DNA of 64,000 nt from Pecten maximus (Eukaryota), in assembly GCF_902652985.1 (NCBI RefSeq), contig NC_047033.1:4402001-4466000 (forward strand), given 5' to 3'. Under the pieces are notes generated by a model. That model saw nothing but the letters and a program-made list of their open reading frames with translations, had not been told where the DNA came from and did no database searches. Of this stretch, positions 53,754-64,000 are shown in pieces (position 1 is the stretch's first letter; the number at the start of each line of letters is the position of its first letter). A program made the position numbers and the translations under genes.

Positions 53754-56700
53754 ATGGCGAGGCAAGTCAATACAGAAAACACTACCAGCGTGGATATGTT
53801 TTGCCGAGCGATCCAGGAAGACAATGATGATATGTTTTGCCGAGCGATCCAGGAAGATAATGATGATATGTTTTGCCGAGCGATCCAGGAAGACAATGAT
53901 GCTATGCATTGTTTGATATTCCCACACATTCCGCCGCCACCTCTACCAAGGAAAAACATCAGAATTCCTATGAAGAGACCAGTCAATCTAAATGATCAAC
54001 ACAAGTGTGGGTAAGTAATGGCTATTGTAATATAGAGCATGAAGGAAGCTGTTATACGCCCAGGCCCCGCTTGTATGAAAATACTTAAGTGTTGAGATTT
54101 CTTTATACAAGCGGGGCCAGGTAACTCTATTACAGCTTAATAACCCTTAGGATAACAAGAGGCCAAGGGCCACGTAGTTCTCTGGGCATGGTATTATGAT
54201 TCTATTTATTGTTGTCGATTTCTTGCATTTGGTAATTATAATTTGTTTGTCAGAATCAACATCTCAACTATAAACGATTTTTAATAATGTAGCTCTTACG
54301 ACTTTTTCAGTTAAAATCTCAAATTTTCCGCTCAGTCAGCAACCGAAAATCAACAATCAACCGATCATCAATCAATCTGTAACCGAATAACCGATAAAAT
54401 GTTATCATCAATAAAAAATCTATAACTGAAGAATGAGCAATAAAACGGTTATTATGATGTATCACAGTATTATAGTATTATAATCTATAATTATTTGCTT
54501 GTGAATTATGTGCACGCTATATTCTTACCTTGAACTTTCCGATGACATACAAGAGTCCTTTAACATCGTACCATTTCTGATTATTTTTATTTCTATAGCT
54601 GTCGTCGTCCGAATGATGTTAATGTTGTCAATGTTTGTACGTTATAAACTATCGTTATAATGGACATTTTGAGTATCTGCATGTTTACATTTGAGGGAAT
54701 TAAAATTATTCAAAAAACGTTCATATTTACTACTTTTATAGAAAAGAAATATTTTAGTCACAGACCGTATCAGATAGCGAGGAACAACAGTCAAAACGAC
54801 CCCTACTTAAGCTGGCTCACTGCGTACACTCCTATTGTGGTTGATAAGGGAGATATAGTAAGGCCATGTATACATGTGTGCAACGTTGAACCCAACATAC
54901 ACTTGTACACATGTGCTTCACCGTGGTTACTAAAAATAGACATTAAAACTTAAAATTTTTAAATAAAAGAATTCCAGTTGATATCGAATATTCTTATTGT
55001 TATCAACACAACAACTTTACAATACCTATTATCTGGCATCACAACATACAGCCATGAATGCACAGTTAGGTTGAAATATTTTCGACCGATGGCTATAGTT
55101 CTCGGGGCTATACTTAGCCCCTAAGAATATGTAAATATGTTAGGACCATCTTCTACTTTTACCTCATTTAATGAATATTTCATAAGCGTACATGCTTATT
55201 ATTAGATAGGAATAAAAAAATAAAAAAAATGATATATTTCTACGAATGTTCCATAAAGATTACTGTTCATCACCTGATGTTAAAACATATTATTGATGAA
55301 CTACTCAGTTAGGAATTTCAAAAACATTGTTAATCAACTTTTTATTGACGTGATATCGCCCAGATTAAATGATATCATATAGATTTATAACACATACGTT
55401 AGTACTCATCCAATAATTAAAACATACATATACTATTGCCGTAATACATTCGTAAGTTAGGGGAATTGCACATTGTTTCATTTATTATATTAACAAGTGT
55501 AAACATTGGTCTGTTGCCTGCGTACTGAAAATATAATGCATACATTTAAAGATGCTACGTCTTCGTGTAATAATGATCATTAAAAAAGGCTTTAACTCAT
55601 CTTTTCATCTTTTAATTTAAAAGTTAACTATAAATCAATTGCATTCCCAAGAAATTACACCGCTTCTATATTTATACATTAGTGACAGATTTATACGATG
55701 AGCGTGCATGTATTGTTGTGACGGGAAATATACATATATAGGATGACGGTGTAGTATAAAAATGTAATTCAATTAAATTTTGCGAATTCTTTATTTCGCG
55801 AAATTATCTCTTATTAGACGTATTCACGAATACATGATTTCGCGAACTCTGATCTAGAAATGACTTTAAATTCACGAGTGATGAGCTATTGGAGACATGG
55901 AATCAAGACTTCTATACAGGCACCGATAGCTTCATATTGGTAACTGTTTTGGTTTTTACTGTCATCAATTCTTTTTGTGATTATACCAGAACAGTCACGC
56001 GATTCAGTAAAGTGATATATACCATGGTACATGCTAGCTCATATATGTAGTAAGTAGACAAATAAAACCTACAAATGGGAACATTTCACCTGCTTTTTAT
56101 GTTTGGAGAGTGAGTGAGTTGAATTTTTCCAACTCCAGTTTTTTTGATACACGTGCTCCACTTCCGACTTTCATCTACATCTACATTCAGCAATACGGAG
56201 TTGTTATCAAAAAAGTGCACTTCTAAATATTCATGATTTTAAAGGTAATATGTTTCTAGCATTTTTTTGGTAATTATATATATGGTATATACATGTAATG
56301 ACATAATTAACGGAAATGGATGTCATCCAGATTTGTTAGTTTCGTACAAATAATCTTTAAGGATTTGAATTCGCGATTGACTCTCCTCGCTTGTTAACGC
56401 AAAAATAAATTCCACACGAAGTGGTTTGCAGCACATAATTTAAAAATGCCATTGTCAAAAATCTGGCATCCACAGTATCGGATTACACACAGCACCTCAG
56501 CAGTGACGGAAAACAGCTGTAATTTAGAATCCTTGCAAGTGCGTCAATTCGAGTGTCCTACTTACAAATGAAACAACGTTTAAAAGGCGAACATATATGG
56601 AACATTTTTGATACCATTTCACAAGAAAATGCTTATTTTTGATGACTGTTACACAAAAGATAGAATACATGGTCAATGCCTTTAACTATATAAGCGGTAT

Positions 56701-59700
56701 TTTTGACTCGGGACAGAAAAACAAAGACATGTAACTTTGTCTTTCTTTACCCTCGCCAAAATACAGCTTATATTTCAAGACACTAAACACATATTCTCTC
56801 TATATAGGATGTTAATCTCAGTATAGTGGTTTATGTATTTAAAAGTATACATTTCACTTTATGAGAGATGGCATGTGCTACATGTACTTTGATTTTAGAT
56901 AATTAATTATTTTCTTTCACATTATATAGTTTGGAAGCCCAAGACACAGATTTGATCGATCTAATCACATTTGAGGATGAGGAAGAAACTGAAGAATTGA
57001 CAGAAATCGCTCCGGAAGATTCTAGAAACTATACGGATGGTGTACCTATGAATAGGGATATAGAACATGTGAATGTCGAGTCCGAAAATGAGCAAAGTCT
57101 TGACAATTTGTTTAAAGATGACTTATTGAAATATTCGTTTGATTTTGTCGAATGTAGAAGAACGTCCCAAACTCCGGATTTGGACATATTTTCAAACGAA
57201 GATGTTGACAGGCAACATACGAGTCACTATACGGCCACAAATCCATTTATTTCAATAACTGAACCAGCAAAACAAATATTTTCAACTCCGAAACCGCTGT
57301 CAGTTCACTCTGCGGGCAGCCAACATCTGAGTGATGCTACGGCCACAAATCCATTTATTCCGATACCTCAACAAGAAAAACAATTTTATTCAACTGTTCA
57401 ACCGCGGAAAATTCACTCCGCGGGAAAGGCACATCTGAGTGACGCTACAGCAACAAATCCGTTTATTTCCATATCTGAACCAGAAGAACAAATACATTCA
57501 ACTCTTAAAACGCGGACGATAGAAAAATATAGTCCTTTTCAACAGGAGAAGATTGCATTTGGATTTGAATCATCGGTCGACAACGGCTCCGGGGAAAATT
57601 ATCAGAAAAGGCCCCGACTTAATGAGGAAGTCTCCATATCCAAATCATTATGTGAGTTGAACATCTTCTCCGGAGAAGACAATCCTGATACACCTGACAT
57701 TGTTGGTCAGGCTGGTCGCGACAAGCAACAGAATAATCCTTTTCTAAGAAAAGGGACATTTGACATCGTTACTAAACAAAACGATCATGAAAGCTGTCTA
57801 CAGAATTCTGTGGTGGATGAGACTATGTCTTCGACTGACCCCAACTCTGTGGAATGTCACGATGAGATACATACCTATGATTGTGATAACCAGATATATC
57901 ATGACACGGTTGTATTCAACAGCAATTCATGGCCAAAGGTGCATGATATGAACAAGGATCATTTTATTCAATGCACATCTGAAACAGGGCAGCTACCAGC
58001 ACTGCCAAGTCCGTGTTCTGTAGATAAATCAACTGGACTTTATCTAAATACGACTCAACATGGATCACAAGAAAAGCAGGACTGTGTGGTATATGACTAC
58101 CCAGCAAATTGTCAATCAGGAGAAATACGTCACAGGTATACGTCCTCAGATGATGAAGGCGAATACATTACTATGTCACCTATTGTAAGCAAATGCCGTA
58201 CTCATATTAACAAAAACAAGGCAGTCCAACAAAGTTCATGGAAATATGAATCAGGAAGTGACGCAAAGAGAGACCCTGACCGAACAAAAAAAGCACACCC
58301 ATTTCTTACCTCCCAGCGCTCTCTAAGTGACAGTGATATCTGCGGTCCAAACGTTTTTGGAGACAGCAAGCTAGATGCAGGGGTAGCGTACGATTGCAAC
58401 GATGGAAGGCAAATGAAAAAACATAAAAGCAAAGATAACGGTAAATTCAACGAAGGGAATTTTTTAACCAAGTTCTTCAAGCGCAACCGAAAAAACTCAC
58501 AGCTATCTACAGCAAAGCCGGGCGGTTATTTAAATCTGTTTTGTCCGTGCGGGGGTTCCTGTGACCGAATAGGGAATTTGGTGACGTCATCAGAAGGGCA
58601 GATGTGGGTTTCCTTTCTCCACTGTACTTGGGTGTCACTATACGACCACCGACTACGATTCCTGCATAAGTTTGACGCCGGTGGTATTGTGGATGATCTC
58701 GCTGTGTCGCCAGCCGGTGTCCTATATATCTCCTGTCCTCGACATAGGAAAATTCTCATGCTCACCACTAACCTAGAGGTATGTGTTGGCTTTACAGCTC
58801 AAGATATATATTCCAGAGTGTGTACGATTATATCAACGTGGTAAACAAAATAATCTAATGTTTATTTAAAGATTCAATTCAAAATTTTCTTTCACAAATT
58901 CTATCATGATATAAATTTTGCAGCTAAATTGCTGTCTTTCTCAGATAGGGCTATTTTTCTAGCACTAATATATTAACGATTTCCCAAAAACAATTGGTAA
59001 TCAACAATTCTTTCTCAATTTCTACTCATTTTAATATAATAATGCTGCAAATACAATTTCAGTGTTTCTTGAGTAAAATATCGCATTGGAATCATATTAT
59101 GAGAAATACCTACTGAAGCAAGAAAGGAAAAATGCTCGAAAAAATGAACCGGCTTTGAAAATTCTCGAAATAATCTTTGCATTGCTGATTAATCACATAT
59201 ATACTTTATTACTAATTCAAACGATAAACGATAAGATGATGGCAAAAGAATAGCAATTGCTTAATAGCAATTGCTTAACCAAGGGCAAAAAAAAATAAAA
59301 AAAATATAGATTTGCACTGAAACTGAAGTAGAATTAGACCAGGTGTACCGGTATAGTAAGCGACTTCTGCTTCTTCGACGACACACGCCATACAAATCTA
59401 GGTCACGGCGACACCCGCTATACAAATCTAGGTCACGACGACACACGCCATACAAATCTAGGTCACGGCGACAAACGCCATACAAATTTAGGTCACGACG
59501 ACACAAGCCATACAACTCTAGGTCACGACGACACCCGACATACAAATCTAGGTCACGACGACAGACGCCATACAACTCTAGGTCACGACGACACCCGCCA
59601 TACAAATCTAGGTCACGACGACACACGCCATACAAATCTAGATCACGACGACAAACGCCATACAAATCTAGGTCACGACGACACAAGCCATACAAATCCA

Positions 59701-62088
59701 GGTCACGACGACACAAGCCATACAAATCTAGGTCACGACGACACACGTCATACAAATCTAGGTCACGACGACACACGCCATACAATTTTTTATCAAATCT
59801 GGGTTAGGTTAAGTCACATCCGTGGTTGAGCGTTTGGTTAGTGAAAAGCTATGAGCAGAATATAAAATATCACGGCATGATTTTTCAGGCAAATAAGAAA
59901 AACTATATCCTCTTGTTTAAAAACATTCATTGAATTATTTTTTCGTTATAAAAGAAGTAACTTTGCCATAGATAGGTATATTATATATCATACAAATATA
60001 TCATGGGTTTCTGGGCAAAAGTCCAGAATATTTGACACGGGGTACTTGTAATCGACCGCTGTTCTATTGCTCGAGGCAGAAGCCTGAGTGCAATAGAACA
60101 TCGGTCGATTACCAGTACCGAGGGTCAAATATTCTGGACTTTTGCATAGACGCCCATGATATACTTGTTTTATTACATAATCACTAAAACACACTTAGAA
60201 TCACTGAAATTTCAACATCCCTATAGGCCTAGAAGTAGCCTGGCAGTATTGACATCTTAGTGACTAAGACGCTTGAAATGGTATTACAATTTCGAAATAG
60301 TCATTTTAGCCGTTTAATAGTATACATTTATTGTATGGGTCTGAGGGAAATACCACTTTTATTGTCCCCCGAGGCATGAACTATTTTCCGAGGTGAAGCA
60401 AATACAACTGCACTGCACTGCACTGCACTGCACTGGAGCTTAATGTTGAGTGCGCCCAAATGAATATGTTACCATTATGTTTTCTATTTATACATTAAAC
60501 CTTGTGATGTGATACACATCTATACCATGGCTCTTAAAACAATCATTCAATGTAAATCTTATGAGTAATTCTATTTCCGTGAATTCATTTCAGCCATACA
60601 CGAGGACGTATTGTAAAAATCCACAGTTCTCGGTTCAGTTTGTCAGCCCTGTCATCTTCACGCTATGTTAACTCAAAACGTTTAATTAAGAACCATACTC
60701 AAATAACATTACAATTATAATTAAAGCTAAACTGTTCCTCTTATATATTATAGTTTAATGTAGGGCAGAATTTGAATATTTTTTTTGCAAATATCTAATT
60801 ACCAAAATTAAATATTGATATTATAATTAACGTGAGGAATGACTCTACTAAATCATAACTCAATGATAGTCAGACTAGAACAAGTCTTAAACAAAGCTTT
60901 AGTTACTCATCCATAAATAGACTAAATTATGAAATATTTTAAAATAATATTATCTATATCATCTAAAGTAAATATTACTTTACTAATTCAACTATTTGAT
61001 AGGAAATTTATATGAAGTGTGTTCGTGGCTTATTAAAAGAAACATTATAATAAAACAAACTGCAATAATACAGGATACACATTTGCTTAATTGTATGTTA
61101 ATATCGGTTAAAATTCTACACTTTTATGATATCAAATTCGTACTATAAATTAAGATTAAGAGAAGCTGCAATTTTTAAGCATTTTTGTGATTACATTGTT
61201 TCCCTTGCAGCGTTTAAACCTGCCTCGAAGGATCAATTTGTATAGAAAGCTCTTTTGTAAACTCTTTCATTGTAGTGTACTCAAAATTTTAGCGTGTAAC
61301 ATAACTGTAAGATATTAGCGAAATGATGAGTTATGGTTACGGCGAAAAGCGTTAAAATGAAATAACCACTAAAATATGTATGCCTACATGATGTTCATCA
61401 CACTAAGTTAATATTAATGGTTATGCTAATCCAAGTATACGCCTTATTTCTTTATTTCAGTGTATACAGTAAATGCAAAACTAGGGATAAACAATAATAT
61501 AATTATACTTGTTTACTGTAGTTGGGGACAATGTGTCATTTCAACAAGCTGCATCCACGAGGACTTGCAATTTCCCCGATAGATGGATCTGTGGTTGCCT
61601 GTTTGACGTCAGAAGAGCTTGGACACTTGATGACTGGCTCTTCAAATAACTCTCTGATGAAATTTGCAGGAAAAAGAAAGAACGAAGAAGGAAAAGTTTT
61701 GAACAAAGGCGATTTTCTTGGTTATCCCATGAGGCTTGCCATTAACATAAATGGATATATCTTAGTCTCGGATTTCGGTTTGAGGTGTATGTTTGTTTTG
61801 AACCAAGGAGGGCTCATGCTAAAGAAGTTGACCATATTAGGAGAACGACAGCTATGCCAAGTGCACAGCATTACACATGGTCATGGTGAAACCTTTTACG
61901 TTGTACACGGCGGGCGTGGTAGGTTAATCATCACACGACTGCAGGAACACCGGGGTTGCGTAACACAGGAGACTTCACGACGTTTGGACCCAGACATTTA
62001 CTGTAAAGTTCGAGCATCTACTGTTACTCAGAGAGGTCAGCTAGTAGTAACCTCTGGATCGGTAGTTAAATACATCTCTCCTGATTAA
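53754..62088 (+). CDS. Paralog D: NPF-repeat disordered N-terminus plus NHL-type beta-propeller (3 exons, ~890 aa)
   Basis: Exons 53754-54010 (TGG|GTAAGT), 56930-58778 and 61522-62088 have phases 2, 0 and total 2673 nt in frame. Blades: GQMWVSF, VDDLAVSPAGVLYISC, HPRGLAISP, LGYPMRLAININGYILVSDFGLRCMFVLNQGG. Confidence 0.85.
54063..54118. mobile_element. Tiny palindromic MITE (GGCCCCGCTTGTAT...ATACAAGCGGGGCC)
   Basis: Perfect 14-bp terminal inverted repeats. Confidence 0.6.
59330..59820. repeat. 30-bp minisatellite (~13 units) expanded inside a dispersed repeat, in paralog D intron 2
   Basis: TACAAATCTAGGTCACGACGACACACGCCA units. The flanks match the repeats at 26930, 30425 and 42340. Confidence 0.9.
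59997..60163. repeat. Long inverted repeat (74-bp arms, 19-nt spacer); probable palindromic non-autonomous transposon
   Basis: 59997-60070 pairs with 60090-60163 with about 9-10 mismatches. The spacer is tcgaggcagaagcctgagt. Confidence 0.8.
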
Positions 62089-63601
62089 TAATCTGCAGTA
62101 AAGTTCGATCATCTACAGTTAATGAAAAAGTCAGCTTGTAGTTTCCTCCAGAACTGTAGTTAAATACGACTCTCCTGATCTCCTGTTGCATTATCTTGTT
62201 GAGAGTGAATTAATATTGTTTGTTTTACTTTATTTTTGTGGTTGAAATGCGTCAAGAAGGAAAGAAAACATTGAACCTGTAGGCTATAGTGTTGACGAAT
62301 GCATATGACGTGACTTATTTACATTAAAAAGTAACGGACGATTTTATTAACTTCAAAATCTTTAGAATTCTCATTTGCAAAAAAACCCCCAAAAAAACCG
62401 CTTGAATGTGTAAACAAAGCTTGTAATTGTGCTTTTGCAAAATACATGTATAGTACACCATATTACATTTCATCAAAAACATTGATTATTCAAGAAGTCA
62501 GCTGACCCCATGCGCAACCTCAGCTGTTAAAAGGTTGGCAGGCTATCCACTGCTTCATTCATACCTTGAAATATTGTGCTTAATTATAATAATTAAAACG
62601 ATGATTTTAGTATAAAGTTATCTAGTATGTATTTTGTTTATCTTGTGTGCTGAGATGTTTGGTATGTGTTGTTGAACGACATATCAACAGCTATGGTAAT
62701 TTTAGATGGCATCTCCTATGTACGGATTGCATGCGTGTGTTGAGTGAGTGCGTGATTTGGAAGGCGGCAGTCTATTGGCGGGCAAGCCAACGTTGACGTC
62801 AATGTATTGTTGCTGCGACGGCATGTAATGGTCGATAACGTGCAAAGAGCACGTGCAGATTGTCTCAACACTAGGGAGAGATAAGAAAAGCTCACACCCT
62901 TAATATTGTAGATGTCTCTGTCAAGGGTAACAGAAAAGTAATTATTCTATCGTTGAACGATTATGGAGTTGAGCTTTCGATCTCCATGTTTTATGTTGAA
63001 ACATGTTTGTGATGGTGTTCGCAGGGTTTCAGGGGTTGGGGTTGGTGATGGGTTGTCGGAGAATTGAGAAAATAAAATCTAAGAATCTGTGCGTGCGACA
63101 TTAATATCATTTCATTACTTTCTCTTTCCGGCTTTCCTACGTTTGCACTCTTTACCTTTAATGTTTTGATGAAATTTACTCAATAAAAACATCCTAAAAT
63201 CTGTCAGACTTTCTGATTTGTTGTATATCAAATTGACTCAACCATTATTCCATCGAAGCAACAAAAAAACAAATATTTGCAGATACGTACAGTCTTTTAT
63301 TAGTTCAGTAATTAACATCAATATGATAACAGAGTTAATATTACGAGGAGGAATAAGATAATATAACACGTGCTATTGATCCTAAATTGTTATATGCGAT
63401 TGACAGTTAGCTACAATATATTTAAACAATTTTTTTTTTTTTTTGCAAAATATGAAAATAGCGTAAACTATACTATTTAGTCTAATTAATGATTATTTGT
63501 AATAACTCAAAGAATGTATTGTATTGTCTTCTGGATGATATATCACACAAATTAAATTGGATCGTTTCTGTTTAAATTATGTTTAATTGATATGATTATA
63601 A

Positions 63602-64000
63602 TTAATGCGGACCAAAAAAGAAGTGGTTATTACCACTAGATGGTGACGAATCACTTTGCGCCATGTCCATTTCACCGATCAAATGGCCAACGAACGTACC
63701 GTAAACCTGATTCTTCTGACCAAATAGGGTGAAACTCTGCGCTTGTCTGACCTGGACGAAAACTCTTTCCCCTTTCCCGGCGAAGACAATGACGGAGTTC
63801 CCTGCCGAGGAATGACTATTGAAGCCTGCCAGAGACACCAATAGTTCGGTATTTTTCACCAGTTCCAGCCACATTGCATTATCGGTGTTCGCATCATAAG
63901 CATGGAATTCGAATTTGTAGATCCCTGACTTGGGAGCGGTAAATACTCCTGTGTTCTGGTCGTATCCACCACCAAGATTAGTGAAAATTTTGTCATATCT
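63602..64000 (-). CDS. C1q-domain-containing protein, 3' part (runs off the window)
   Basis: Open frame from the window edge: YDKIFTNLGGGYDQNTGVFTAPKSGIYKFEFH...WLELVKN...SSAGNSVIV...GERVFVQV...YGTFVGHLI, which are canonical globular C1q motifs. Confidence 0.92.
   Translation of the reverse strand, partial: RYDKIFTNLGGGYDQNTGVFTAPKSGIYKFEFHAYDANTDNAMWLELVKNTELLVSLAGFNSHSSAGNSVIVFAGKGERVFVQVRQAQSFTLFGQKNQVYGTFVGHLIGEMDMAQSDSSPSSGNNHFFFGPH

Noticed and set aside
59261-59807. RS/protamine-like ORF (YKSRSRRHTP)n and its antisense ORF
   Set aside because: Intronic 30-bp expansion of a dispersed repeat that is present elsewhere as 1-2 units.
23868-62088. Assigning TRIM2/TRIM3/TRIM71 or brat symbols to paralogs A-D
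   Set aside because: Only the NHL-like propeller is visible. No RING, B-box or filamin domain is seen, so orthology is unsupported.

Overview
Eukaryotic, AT-rich animal genomic DNA with two N-gaps. It is most likely a bivalve mollusc; this is an inference from the V-type tRNA SINEs, a Helentron-associated element with central repeats, a C1q-domain gene and the NHL gene expansion. Left third: a satellite block (22-bp array and a 46-bp array that inverts in the middle), then an 8-exon TPGS1 (tubulin polyglutamylase complex subunit 1) gene at 5498-16215 (+). Its introns carry MITEs, a SINE and a satellite. From 23.9 to 62.1 kb lies a tandem array of four same-strand paralogous genes, here called A-D. 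Each encodes a long acidic, apparently disordered N-terminal region followed by an NHL-type beta-propeller, and no RING, B-box or filamin domain is visible. The N-terminal regions are packed with short linear motifs (YFRQxS[IM]F, PPxxPR, RS[LV]S[DE]S, NPF repeats, LIR/YxxM-like and clathrin-box-like). The array shows internal exon duplication, decayed 5' modules, shared promoter motifs and a probable gene-conversion tract. The window ends in the 3' part of a C1q-domain gene on the minus strand. All exon models were read by eye from GT-AG sites and reading-frame continuity; no searches were run.
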